NCBI GenBank assembly: GCA_951406725.2
Contig: OX597835.1
Location: forward strand, 46,934,001 to 46,998,000
Direction of reading: 5' to 3'
DNA length: 64,000 nt
Source of the DNA: Octopus vulgaris
Lineage: Eukaryota
This document shows positions 1-14,789 of the stretch, one piece after another (positions within the stretch are counted from its first letter, which is position 1; each line of letters opens with the position of its first letter). Below the pieces are notes generated by a model. The model searched no databases and had not been told where the DNA came from. It saw only the letters and a program-made list of their open reading frames with translations. The position numbers were made by a program, and so were the translations under genes.

Positions 1-164
1 GAATAACATGTGTTAAAGTGTCATAATTGAGTGTGTGTATATGTGTGCGCGCGCGCGTGCATGTGCATATTGTTTACAAATTTTGGAAATGTATTTAAAT
101 ACAGTCGACCTATTCGTTTTTCTATTTTCTATTAGCACACACACACACACATTTATATGTATAC

Positions 165-256
<92 letters not shown>

Positions 257-261
<5 letters not shown>

Positions 262-480
262 TAATCCAAACAAGAAAACACAGAAAAAAAGAGAAAAAAA
301 AACACAGCAACGCAGGACGTGGAACAATTAAAGTATTATTGACGCTCAGGAAAGAAGGGAAGGAGGGTTTAACGTTTCGAGCGGAGCTCTTCATCGGAAA
401 CAAGGAGAAGGAAAGATCCCAAGGAGGGAAGACAGAGGAGAAAATATTTGAGCTGGTGGTGCTCAAGAGATCACATGTTG

Positions 481-482
<2 letters not shown>
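257..482 (-). mobile_element. Penelope-like pLTR remnant between (TA)n tracts, with hammerhead-like motif at 367-401
   Basis: Near-identical inverted copy at 28635-28853. Minus strand reads GTTT-CCGATGA-a-GAGC tcc GCTC-GAAAC-GTT-AAAC. Confidence 0.7.
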
Positions 483-524
<42 letters not shown>

Positions 525-1931
525 TTATTTATATACACACATACAAATATGTTTATATATTTGTGTAGGAAGCTTAATATCGTATGTATGTATGCATGTA
601 TGTATGTATGTATGTATGTATGTAAGTATGTATGTATGTATGTGTGCGTGTGTAATTACTTCGTTGATTCGCCTATATTTGTCATTATTATTCAAATAGA
701 CGCCACTAGCCTACCACGAGTTATTTCTCTTGGCTTATTCCAATGATACAACTCCAGGCCATACTGTTTTCTATTCTGTTTCGTATAAGACTAAGTTTTT
801 TGGCTGCAGGAGATAAGGGCAGACAACTGTCGTGTTGATGAAAGCTATTGAACCAGAAACACGTGTCCACGGCTGTCCTCTTATCCCCGGAAAATAAACC
901 TGTTCGTTTTCCTTCATGGTATGTTCAGTTTAGGAAAGTTCTTGTATTTTGAGCCCATCTTTCCTTCTTAAGTGGAGCAGGTTGTTACTGCCATTTGATT
1001 TCACTGCGTAATAATTATTTATTTATGTATTTTTGTCTTTGGTTAATAAGTGTTTTTTCCTATTTGCTTCTATCCAGAAATCAAGGGAAATGATTTCCAT
1101 TCCCTTTAAACTTTGCTTTTATGACCAATGTTTTGAAACTGACCTATTTTCCATTACATTTCAGGCAGATTCAGCGCTGAGTTACTGAAGCAGAAATATC
1201 ATTATAGCAAAAATTCTACTCAATACCACAGATTTTGCTTGTCCTTTGCTTGACCATAACCATTTGAACATGTCCCTTAGCGGCTGACAATATATGCATC
1301 TCTGATTATGAGCAGGAGTAATGAGGGAACATCATAGATATGTGTTGAGAGGGACTCTTCGGGGTTTGAATAAATAAAGCTAAGATTGACTGGGATTAAA
1401 AAACAAAACAGAGCAGGACAACCATTGCTGATATATTTTTGTTGACAGGTAGGGAGAAACAAGGGACAAAAGCACAGTATCTATACATACACATAATTTA
1501 TATAGTATTCAACAAAAAAAAAGAAGAAATGAAAAGAGAGATGAAAGGTCTTTCTCCAGCCATAAGGCTGGTTTCCTGACGAATATGCTTTTTCCTCCTG
1601 GGCCGACCCTTCGCAGGATTATTCATCTTTGCCGTCTGAGTGGACCGGAATAACGTGAAATGTTCTGCTCAAGCATTCAACACATCTTACCGTCGTAAAC
1701 GCACCACCCTGACCACGCTCTTCTTCTTTTATATAATAGAGACACCATAAAGCAGAAGAAGCATGCAAACATACAAGTTGTGCTCTTTGCAGCCGTCCTA
1801 CTGACATGGAGGGCATCCAATCTGTATTTGTCTGCTGACTTTACGATATCGATGTCTATGATACAACAAAGTTGATAAACGTGAGACATCACAAAGACGA
1901 GTTAAAGAATTACTAGGCCAAAGTATACGTA

Positions 1932-1964
<33 letters not shown>

Positions 1965-3455
1965 ACTGTTGCATACATGTGTGTGTGTATATATATATAT
2001 ATATATGTTTGTATGTACGTATATGTACATATATACGTATGAATGTATATATATATATATGTATATACATACATTTAATAGAGAGGAAGACAAACAGACA
2101 GACAAAAATAGGGGCAGACAGAGAGCAAAGTAAAGGTGAAGGGTCACAGCGCTTGGTATTGGTTCTCAATGAGGTCGGCTCTTTTGATGTGAAAGAATCA
2201 AAACAACCAAACAAAAAACAACTCAGAAAATAAAAATAAAATAAAACCTTACGTCAGAAAATAAAAAAAAAATGTGAAGGTTGAGGTGGTAGAAGCAGTT
2301 TTTACCGACTTCTTGAATAAAATACGAACTCGGGTGGGGTGGGGTACCTGAGCAGATATCGTTTTATACCCGACTACATTATTAAAACGAACAAACATTC
2401 AATGCATAGACGCATGTGTGTATGTGTGTGTGTGTGTGTCTGTGTGTGTGTGTGTTTACTTAGGTAAATATGTCGATATGCATATGCATGTATTTATTTC
2501 TGTATGTATGTACGTATGTGTGTATAAGATATATATATATATATCTTATACACACACTCACACATACACATATATATGTATGTATATAACAAGATATATT
2601 TGTGTGTTTATATGGACATATGTTTTGATAAATATTCGTTTCTTTTCTTTTCTCCAGTAAGTTTATATATATATATATATATGTACATGCATTTAAATGT
2701 GTGTATGTATGTATGTTTGTATGTATGCATGAATGTATGCATGTATGCATTTATGTATGTATATGTGTATGTATGTATGTATATATGCAGGTATGCATTT
2801 ATGTATGTATATGTGTATGTATGTATATATGCAGGTATGCATTTATGTATGTATGCGTATGTATGCATGTATGTATGCATTTATGTATGTATGTGTCTAT
2901 GTATGTATGTATGTATGTATGCATTTATGTGTGTATGTGTCTATGTGTGTGTGTGTATATATGTATGTATGTATGTATATATGTATGTATGTACGTATGT
3001 ATATATTCTTGTATGTATGCATGTATGTATGTACGTATACATGCTTGCGTGTTTGTATATACTAGTGTGTATGTAAGTCAGATATGGGGTGTACGTATCC
3101 ATCCAGTGTGTTTGACAATTTACGTGTAGAATAATTGAAAGAAAGGTATTTATAGACAGGTAAATAGTATATATATATGTTAATCTGCATTTCAACACTC
3201 GTTAGCACGTTGTAATTGTACTGTACTATCCTTCGAACAAGGGAGGTCAGTCGCTCCACACTACTTGATCGAAGGTTATATGGATACAGTTTGTGTATCA
3301 AATAGCTAACTTAAGGCGATGGCCTCATGGAGCTAATAAGCGGACAGCTTTATTCTTATTTTTATAAGAATGCCATATTAGTATGGCGATAACTATTAAT
3401 TTCCAGGAACGCTGCCGTGTTCTCTTTTAGAGAGACTTAGTAATTTTAATATTTC

Positions 3456-3493
<38 letters not shown>

Positions 3494-3494
<1 letters not shown>

Positions 3495-3928
3495 TAAATT
3501 AGTAAATAAAACATGCATATATACATACATATATGTACGTACCTACATCTACATGTACATATAAACATGCATATATGTGTACAGGACACCAAAAAAAGTC
3601 GAACACAATGAGAAACGAAAACATAAACACAAAACCAAGGAACTGGACATTTTTCTTAAACAACGAAAAAATAGAGTCGAAACACAGAGTAGATGAAACC
3701 ATGGCGACTGAAGAAGGGGAATTTTCCTTGTGTTATTTGTCCTGTACTCTATTTTTTCGTTGTTTAAGAAAAATGTCCAGTTCCTTGGTTTTGTGTTTAT
3801 GTTTTCGTTTCTCATTGTGTTCGAGGTTTTTTTGGTGTCCTGTACCCATATATGCATGTATATATACATGTAGAGGTATATATACATGTATGTATATATA
3901 TATGCATATGTTTTATTCATTAATTTAT
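3494..3928. repeat. Long inverted repeat (fold-back) between (TA)n tracts
   Basis: 3580-3677 is a near-perfect reverse complement of 3746-3845, with a 68-bp spacer. Looser symmetry extends to ~3494 and ~3928. Confidence 0.9.
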
Positions 3929-3972
3929 TATATGACGGAACACACGCATCCATTTCTAAGTAAGATTGTTCT

Positions 3973-4060
<88 letters not shown>

Positions 4061-4769
4061 GTGAGTGGATTTGGTAGACGGAAACTGAAAGAAACCCGTC
4101 GTATATATGTGTTTGTTTGTGTGTGTGTATTTATGTATGTGTTTATGTGTGTGTGTCTTTGTGTCTGCGTTTGCCCACCATCACCGCTTGACAACCGCTG
4201 TTGGTGTGTTTACGTCCCCGTTACTTAGCGGTTCGGCAAACGAGTCCCAAAGAATACGTACTAGAGCTTTAAAAATAAGTCCTGAGATCGATTTGTTCGA
4301 CTAAAACCCTTCAAAGTGGTGCTCCAGCATGGTCACAGTCGAAAGAATGAAACAAGTAACAGAATAAAAGAATAAAAGAATGTATATATATACGATGACG
4401 AGTGTTCCAGTCTATCTGATCAATGGAACAGAAACTCACATACCAGTAATTCAGCGGGACACAGGATGGGAAAAGGCTGGCCCTCTTTTAATTACAGGTA
4501 CAGCTCATTTTTGCCAGCTGAGTGGACTTGAACAACGTGAGATAAAGTGTCTTCCCCAAGGACACAATGCGCTGCAGGAATCGAACCCTCGACCTTTCAG
4601 TCGTGAGCTCAATACCCCAACCACTGAGCCACACACTTTCAGAGCCCTGAAATCTTGCATGCATCAATTTCAGCCCTTCTCCTTATTAATAACCGCATTG
4701 TTTCTTTCCAGGTAAACCGTTCAAAGAAGACTTCAGAAATAACTTGTACAGGCTCCGCTTGAAAACAGA

Positions 4770-5340
4770 CAGAATCTGGCATCGTGGTGTTAATCGAGTA
4801 CCTGCAGAAAAAGGGTTTAGCCCCCTAGAAATATTCATGCTAACATAGTTGCTACATTAGGGGATAACGCCGTAGCCTTGTCAACAGTGCAAAAGTGTGC
4901 AGCTGAATTTGGGAGGGGAAGGAGAGAACCTTGAAGATGACCCAAGGTCTAAACGTCCTGCAACTTCCACCAACACTGATCGTGTTCAGCACATGGTGAC
5001 GGGTGAAAGGCGATTGACTATAAATCAAAGAGACAATGAATTTAGCATATTCCGCGAGAGATTCGAGAATATTCTGCAGAATGAACTTGGCACGATGAAC
5101 GTTTCAGCTTGGTTCTGCTTGGTAGGTTTCTGCTCGATGGGTGCCACGACTTCTGACACCTGATCAAAAAGGCACCAGGTTCAAAATCTCACAGCAAAAT
5201 CTGCCATTGTTTCAGGCAGATTCGGTTAGTTTCCTTGAAGGTTTTCCACGATAAGTGTTGGGTTCAGCACTTTGGGCCAGAGACAAAGAGACAACCCATG
5301 CAGTGGAAATACTCCATCTCACCTGCTACTACCAAAACTT
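4770..5340 (+). pseudogene. Degenerate mariner (Tc1/mariner) transposase, N-terminal half
   Basis: Frameshifted pieces NIHANIVATLGDNAVALSTVQK.AAEF, ENLEDDPRSKRP, ARWVPRLLTPDQK (WVPHEL-type motif) and DKCWVQHFGPETKRQPMQWK (TGDETW region). Confidence 0.9.
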
Positions 5341-5609
5341 CGAAAAGCACCATCCATACCAGCGACAAATCGTTTGTTGTTGATATCAAAACAATTTAGA
5401 AACTTCCAGAGAACGTGAAATGAAATTATTCTGGAAAAAAAAAAAAGAAAAAAAAAAAGCTATAACGACAGCATATAAGTAAAGGGTTAAAAAACCCTTT
5501 TGAATAGAAAAAGCCAAAGCTTGCCTGTGAGGATAGAACCCACGTCTTGTCAGCAACATGTACATACCTTTATACATAGATACATACATTGACACCTACT
5601 TATATGTAA

Positions 5610-5671
<62 letters not shown>

Positions 5672-5693
5672 TTAAAGCAGCAGAAAATTCAAC

Positions 5694-5740
5694 AAAACCT
5701 GTTACTCTGAGTTTCCCGTTGCCGTTCATCGGACAGTTTT
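5694..5740 (-). ncRNA. Minimal type-I hammerhead-ribozyme-like motif (CCGAUGA core variant)
   Basis: CTGT-CCGATGA-aCG gcaa CGg-GAAA-CTC a GAG-TA-ACAG. Stem I CTGT/ACAG, GNRA-capped stem II, stem III CTC/GAG, GUA site. Lies in an ~80-bp island inside (TA)n. Confidence 0.6.
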
Positions 5741-5745
5741 TGCTA

Positions 5746-5789
<44 letters not shown>

Positions 5790-6105
5790 CACAGACACTC
5801 GCACACACGCTGACGCGCACATGCAACTGTGAGGTGTGATATGTGTAGCTTGGAAACTCCCTTGGTCAAACGCCGCTCCGCCCGCCCCCCGGCCCGCCCG
5901 CCCGCCTGCCCGCCCGCCCGCCTGTCGCTTCTCTCATATTTCAAATACTTCGGCATTATTTATTCATTGACTTCATATGTAGTTTTTTTTTTACATCGAC
6001 ACCTTATTGTGTCTTCTGTCATGTTATTTATGTACTTAGTACAACTGCTATTGAGGAGGCACAATATTATACTTATACATACATTCACATACACATATCT
6101 ATGTG

Positions 6106-6145
<40 letters not shown>

Positions 6146-6287
6146 CATATACACACACATATACATATATATGTGTGTGTGCATATGTTTGAGTATGTAT
6201 ATAAATATATATATACATATATATATGTGTATATATATATATATATATATACACTTACGCAAACACACAGACATATATATGTGTGTG

Positions 6288-6319
<32 letters not shown>

Positions 6320-6320
6320 A

Positions 6321-6363
<43 letters not shown>

Positions 6364-6635
6364 GAGGCGTGAAAACACCTAAAAGCTCCACGAGGCTCCG
6401 GCAGGTGGTGGTGATGCTGTACTCCTTCACCAGTCTTTCTTCTGTTGGCCTGCTCGCTTAGCCAGCGTAGTATGTGACCAGCGATGTGTAACAACATCTG
6501 ATGGTGTGTGTGATGTGATATATATATGTATGTATATACGTATGTATATGTATATATTGCATGTTTCAGTCATTAGATTACGGCCATGCTGATGTACTGC
6601 CTTGATGGTTCTAGAGGAGCAAATCGATACGTCAC

Positions 6636-6764
6636 TTTTCAAGATTGGTATTTAGGCATGTATTGCATATCCCAGTGCCCCAATAATTACAGGTATAAAC
6701 CTGGACTTGAAATCTGGGTAGAGTAACTACAGATTTTTTAATAGCTCAGCGTATTTTCTCTTTA
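6636..6764 (-). mobile_element. RLE-type non-LTR retrotransposon fragment abutting (TACA)n
   Basis: KRKYAELLKNL*LLYPDFKSRFIPVIIGALGY. Shares TTTATACCTGTAATTATTG with 55773-55791. Confidence 0.7.
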
Positions 6765-6935
6765 TATATGTATGAATGTATGTATGTATGTATGTATGTA
6801 TGTATGTATGTATGTATGTATGTATGTATGTATATATGCGTCTATGTATGTATGTGTGTATGTATGTGTGTATGTATGTATGTATGTATGTATGTATGTA
6901 TGTATGTATGTATGTATACATGCATGTATGTGTGC

Positions 6936-6966
<31 letters not shown>

Positions 6967-7404
6967 TGTATGTATGTATGTATGTATCTATGTGTGCTTG
7001 TATGTACGTACGTAAGCATGTACGAATGTATGTATGTTTGAATTTTAGTTTTTAGATTGAAGTTTTTCTTCCCAGAGTTCAAGTTGGTCGCTGAAAAGGT
7101 GACAAGATCTTTTGAGGACCATTTGTGTTAAGGCAGTTCCCGAGGTTTGTAAATATGTATGGTAAAGTACAAGGAAGGTGTGGTGGGAGGAGATATCCTA
7201 ACACCACACTCATATCTCCTCCTCCTCCTGCCACTCACCTTACTCTGCCAGTTGTTCTGGTGGGGAGTCGGGGTTGGGAGGGGGTCGTTAAAAATAATAT
7301 TCTTTCGCTGAAGGTATAAGAAATAGAAGGAAAGACAGAGAAGGAAAAGGCACATGAATGATAGGAGTTACGAATGTTATTATTTAGGGCGTGACTGTTT
7401 TTAG

Positions 7405-7415
7405 ACAACAACAAC

Positions 7416-7476
<61 letters not shown>

Positions 7477-7500
7477 GTAGTAGTAGTAGTAGTAGTAGTT

Positions 7501-7542
<42 letters not shown>

Positions 7543-7575
7543 ATAATAATGATAATAATAGTAATAGTAGTAGTA

Positions 7576-7614
<39 letters not shown>

Positions 7615-7638
7615 GTAATAGTAGTAATAATAATGATG

Positions 7639-7720
<82 letters not shown>

Positions 7721-7729
7721 GTAATAGTA

Positions 7730-7771
<42 letters not shown>

Positions 7772-7785
7772 TAATAATAATAATA
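7405..7785. repeat. Compound (TAA)n/(TAG)n microsatellite
   Basis: Directly visible. Confidence 0.97.
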
Positions 7786-8064
7786 TAACCAGAATGTGGA
7801 ATCTAAAAACAGAAACAATTCCTATCATAGTAGGTGCATTAGGCATGATAAAAAAATATTCAGACAAATACATAACAAAAACACCAGGACTTACAAACAC
7901 ATATAACATACAGAAAATTGCACTACTAGGCACTGCACACGTCCTACGTAGAACACTTTCAATACAGTAACCATCAGAGCATCACAACAAATCACAGCAC
8001 ATACCCAAGGCACACAGAGCTGTGCTCGGTAGTGAAGTGAAAGCACGATATAAAAATAAAACTA

Positions 8065-8068
<4 letters not shown>
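7785..8068 (+). mobile_element. 5'-truncated R4/Dong-like non-LTR retrotransposon (RLE C-terminus plus 3' UTR) inside (TAA)n
   Basis: Open frame ITRMWNLKTETIPIIVGALGMIKKYSDKYITKTPGLTNTYNIQKIALLGTAHVLRRTLSIQ* (stop 7968-7970). (TAA)n on both sides. Confidence 0.85.
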
Positions 8069-8162
<94 letters not shown>

Positions 8163-8163
8163 C

Positions 8164-8227
<64 letters not shown>

Positions 8228-8236
8228 ATAATAATA

Positions 8237-8793
8237 AATGCCCTGATGCAGTACCAGGCAGTAGCTCTCATGGCTTCTGATCTTAACTGATTGGTAGTGT
8301 TATCATGTACATTGTTTTGTCTTGGTATAAAAGATGGGCTACAGCAAATATTCTGCTCAATACCACAGATTTGCTTGTCAGTTGTTTGACCGTAACCAGT
8401 TGAGCATGTCCCTTAGTGGCTGAGGACATGTGCATCTCTAATAATGAGCAGACGTTTTGGGGGAGCATCATAGCCGTGTGTTGAGAGGGATTATTAGAGG
8501 TTTGGATGATTCACCTTTGGAAACATGGGTTGTTCGTTCAATTTCCTTAAACAACCCTTATTCTGGGACCTTTTGAGCGGGATGGGTTACTCGACCTGAA
8601 GAAAATTCTAACTGGGCCCCACATGCAAGGTCATGTGCTGTTTATCTTGACATGAGATCACCATGTCGCGTACATATGGTTGTGATGCATGTGCCTGGTG
8701 TACCCTTATCTGATGGGTAGTCATGATGGGTATACTGGGCTTCGTATATTTTACCCCATTGTCACTTTGATGGCATGCACTGATCTCTCACTC
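8237..8793 (+). mobile_element. Non-coding ~557-bp interspersed repeat embedded in (TAA)n
   Basis: Partial copies at ~1190-1375 and 62722-62826 (same ...CTCTCACTC(AAT)n 3' end). The same 5' junction (TAA)n-ATGCCCTGATGC occurs at ~63018. Confidence 0.75.
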
Positions 8794-8880
<87 letters not shown>

Positions 8881-8979
8881 TTAGTAGTAGTAGCAATAGT
8901 AGTAATAGCGGCGGCGGCAGCTGTGGTGGTGGTGTTTGTGTGAGTGCGTATTGTTTGTGGGCGCTTATATATATATATA

Positions 8980-9205
8980 TATTATTTAATAAACACATTT
9001 TTCTTTTACATGTGCTGTTATTGGTTTCATGTGCTGAGAACATGCCAAACAGTGTTTAATAGCATGTGTGGTGTCTTAGCTCAATCATCAGTCACTGCCC
9101 ACATGTCATAACGAACAAAAAATGTAATACAGTTTAGCATGTTCTCAGCACATGAAACTTATAGTAAGTAGCATATAAGAACATGTATTGTGTTTATTAA
9201 ATATT
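8980..9205. repeat. Imperfect inverted repeat containing a degenerate minus-strand hammerhead-like core
   Basis: TTTCATGTGCTGAGAACATGC (~9026-9046) pairs with GCATGTTCTCAGCACATGAAA (~9137-9158), and TTTAATAAACACA pairs with TGTGTTTATTAAA. Minus strand has CTGATGA...GAAA. Confidence 0.7.
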
Positions 9206-9504
9206 ATTTATCACTCACAAGATGGAGTACTTATTTTGTTGATCTTATCATCACGGAACAGTACACTATGTATATATATTCAGTGTATGCACGTTTTGTA
9301 TGTGTGAGTGAGTCACATATAGACACATACACAGGGGCTTAGCGATACTGATAATCTGGTGTTAGGACTCAATATCCATATGCTTTAGAACAAAGCGTCA
9401 GTCGGGCACAAGGCAGAAATGAGAAATTAAAATAACAAGAGAATAAGAAGTTATGTTTATACATACATAAATACATATATATATATATACGTATATATGT
9501 ATAT

Positions 9505-9627
<123 letters not shown>

Positions 9628-9979
9628 CACATACATATACACACGTACTGTGTTCGAGAAGCGTGTAGAAATAATTATAGTTTGTCAACTGTTAAAAAGA
9701 AGGAAATTAGCAAGGAATTTAAAAGAAATCTGTAACTTTCTTTGTCTTTTTCTTTTTTTTTTTGTATCTCGCCCTCGCCATTCCTTTTCTTTGTCTACCA
9801 ATGAAGACGTCCATTCTGTCTTGAAGACGACAAAAGAACTCAGAGACACAGAGACAAACCAGAAATCCTTTGTTTATCATTTCTGCTTTTCTATGAAAAT
9901 ATAAGAAATATTAATATTAGCAATTGTTGCTGGAGACACACAGCTGAGGTAAGCACGTCATCAGTTCAAATTGTTGCCT

Positions 9980-10023
<44 letters not shown>

Positions 10024-10240
10024 TACTTGATAGTTCGTTCGTCTGTTTTCTTAGCTACGTCCGTGACTCCTCTTCCTACTGTCCTCTTCTTTTTCATCTT
10101 TCTTCTTCTTTTCTTCTTCTTCTTCTCCTCCTCCTCCTCCCCCTCCTCTTCCTCCTTCTTCTTCTTCACCACCTCAACCTCCCACTCCTTCTGCCGCTTC
10201 TCTCTCTTCTCTCTCACCATCATCATCGTCATCATCATCG

Positions 10241-10273
<33 letters not shown>

Positions 10274-10291
10274 CCATCATCATCATCGTCG

Positions 10292-10331
<40 letters not shown>

Positions 10332-10680
10332 TGTCATCATCGTCATCGTCATCATCTACTTTTTCTTCTACCCCTTCCTCTTATTTTTCATCAAATTAAG
10401 ACCGCCCTCCGCCCCCCACCCCCACCCGCAAAGTTATCAAGGTTTCCTCCCTAACAAAATAGACATCACATCATAGTTAGCATATTCTCCGAATCAGTTG
10501 GCGGACACCAAAGTTCGACTCCTCCGCTAAGGCCGTCCTTTTCACGTCCATTACAAAATGTCGCCCAGTTTAAGTTCAATTTATTTAATAATATGGATGA
10601 ATAGTATATAATTTTCTTATTGCCCTTGTCAAAAGCGAATGTTTATAACACGTGACACACACACACACACGCACACGCAT

Positions 10681-10715
<35 letters not shown>

Positions 10716-10794
10716 GGCACACGCGGTTTACAAAACACAAGGCACTTTAGTTTATAAGGTACTTATTAAATTATAGGCTGTGATAAATTATTAT

Positions 10795-11960
<1,166 letters not shown>

Positions 11961-12099
11961 AGCTTCAACCCTGCAACGGACTAGTGTCCCGCTCGAGGGA
12001 GTGCTGTGATCTCGGTAACTTATACGAGGCATGGATACCGGGTAACCGGCCTTACGAAACCTAGAGCACGAGGAAAAAGTTTTTTTAATCATATGACTG

Positions 12100-12850
12100 T
12101 TATTTATAAAAAGTCATCGACCGCAAAATTCATAAAAAACAAGTTAGAATATGTTGCTCTGAGAAGGTCCAAAGAGACCGAAACATGCCTGCTGATTTCA
12201 CTAGTTAATTTTTTAAAAATTAGATCCACTGCAATGTAACTGCAACAAAAAAGTGGGGAAACTCGTACGATAATAGTTAGCACCGAATGAAACAGGGGTA
12301 TCCACCTCCAAACCAGGACTATACCCGAAAACATTATGTTCTGTGTTTGGTGGGATACGAAGGGTGTCGTCTATCATGAAGGTTTGAACCAAAAGAAACA
12401 GTTAATGCGGAGACATATTGTCGTCAATTGGAGGCACTGCACAAAAATTTGCCGACAAAATAAAATGTCCATCATTGGTGAGTCAGTCGTAAAGGAGTGT
12501 TGCTCTTACACGCTGATGCAATACCAAAATAATAGCCAAGTTGCTCAAGAAAAGATTATAGCACTAAATACGTTTCGTTGATCTTCAGTTATTACTTCAT
12601 GTGATTATTTCCTTTCGGATCATCACAACATCAGAGGGAAAACAGCTTACTAACTGTGAAGAAATGATTGAGTGTCTCTTTGTCTCGAACCCTGAAGAAT
12701 TGCACATGTGAGCGACCAATAATTTGGCGTGTTGATGGGGTTATGTTGCCAATAATGAGAAATATTTTGATAAAATGTTATATCAGTTAAGAGGAATGAA
12801 ACATTATTTCTTTCCTGTCTTGAAATACGACAAAACTTTCTTTGCAGTCT
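12100..12850 (+). pseudogene. Highly degenerate mariner transposase, catalytic-domain remnant
   Basis: NIMFCVWWDTKGVVYHEGL resembles the mariner KVMLxVWWDxxGVxxxELL motif. A decayed DYxLF-like segment lies near 12590-12625. Confidence 0.7.
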
Positions 12851-13174
12851 AATCGATTACATCGGTCCCAGTGCTTGATTGGTACTTATTTCATCGATCC
12901 CGAAAGGATGAAAGGCAAAGTCAGCCTCGGCGGAATTAGAAGGCAGGGCGTAATGACGGACGAAATGCCGCTATGCATTTTGTTCGACATACTAACGTTT
13001 CTGCCATCTCACCGCCTTGATAATAATAATCCTTTCTACTAAGGATACAAAGCCTGGAATTTTGTGGGGAGGGGACTTGTCGATTAGATAGGCCACAGTG
13101 CACAACTGGTACTTAATTTATCGACCCCGAAAAGGTTGTAAAACAAAGTCGACCTCGGCGGAATTTGAACTCAG

Positions 13175-13599
13175 ACCTACCAAAAACTGAGCAAGTATAA
13201 AGATCTTGAAATAGAAATCAGCAAAATGTGGAACCTGAAGACTAAAACAATACCTGTTGTCATAGGTGCCCTGGGAATGATAGCAAAAGGGGCTGATTGC
13301 TACCTAAACTCAGATACTAAGAAACACCAAAATGGCAGAAATTAAAAAGATAGTGCTCATGGGAACTGCTTATATCCTACGCAAAATACTTTCTTTGTAA
13401 TCTCAAGTTTTAAAACAAACATAATTTTCGTATGGTTTTTTAGGCATTCACTAGTACAACACCAAAAAAAAAAAAAAAAACCCAAATATATAGCACCCTA
13501 GGCATAACAACAACATGAACTTCTAACATGTTGTCTCTTGAGGTCTCTAGGTGAGACTTGGAGCCAGCTTGTGCAAATGTAAAGCAAAAGTCAAACATA

Positions 13600-13600
<1 letters not shown>
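13175..13600 (+). mobile_element. Second R4/Dong-like family, 3' end followed by (TAA)n
   Basis: TYQKLSKYKDLEIEISKMWNLKTKTIPVVIGALGMIAKG...(frameshift)...IKKIVLMGTAYILRKILSL*. Contains the KxxKY motif of RLE domains. A related 3' UTR occurs at ~62085-62150. Confidence 0.85.
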
Positions 13601-13668
<68 letters not shown>

Positions 13669-13899
13669 CAACAATATTAACTGTTCTCTAACATTTGCAC
13701 AAGGCCAGTAATTTTGAGGGAATGATGCAAGTTGATTACATCGAGCCAATATTTACGAGTATTTTAATGAACCGATCTGGAAAGGATGAGAGGATCAAAT
13801 GCTGCTGACGGCAGCATTTGAACAACAACAACAACAATAACAATCATGCATAATTTTTCAAAAAGCACAAACAAACAAAACAAATAAATAAAACAAAAC

Positions 13900-14151
13900 A
13901 GTTATAAAGTCATATAAAAAAGAAAAAATAACAACAACAACAAGGTATTAAGTTCAATAAAATTTTATAAAATTCTATAAATTTGTACATTATTGTTTTA
14001 ACCATGTCGGTAACCCACTGATGTTTATACAGGTATATACATGTACATAGTCATATATATACATACATGTATATATATATATTCATATATATACATATAT
14101 ATATATATACACATATACTATATATATCATATCATATATATATATATAGAC

Positions 14152-14213
<62 letters not shown>

Positions 14214-14452
14214 GTGTGTGTATATGTATATACTTGTCATCTTGAGTGTGTGCGTGTGTGTATGTGTGAGTGTATGGAAAATCGTCTATTTACAGTGTTG
14301 TTTCTTTATTTTCTTTCTTTTTTTGTTGTTGTCTCTCAGTCTAATTATTCTTTTGCAATTTGTCATTTCCCTTTTTTTTTAACATTTTATTTTTTTCCCG
14401 TAAAATAAACATAAAACAAGAGATATTAGTCGAATAAATAGTCATATTACAC

Positions 14453-14527
<75 letters not shown>

Positions 14528-14720
14528 ATAAGTATTGTCATCATGTATGTATATACCGTCGACGGAACCACCCACAAGATAAACCTTGCCGCCATGTTGA
14601 GGTTAGATGTATATGTATATATTTTAGTGCATATGTATATAAATGTCCGTGTATGCATGTATGCATATATATATGTACATATGCATGTAAATATAGATAA
14701 ACCTGTGTGTGTGTGTGCGC

Positions 14721-14789
<69 letters not shown>

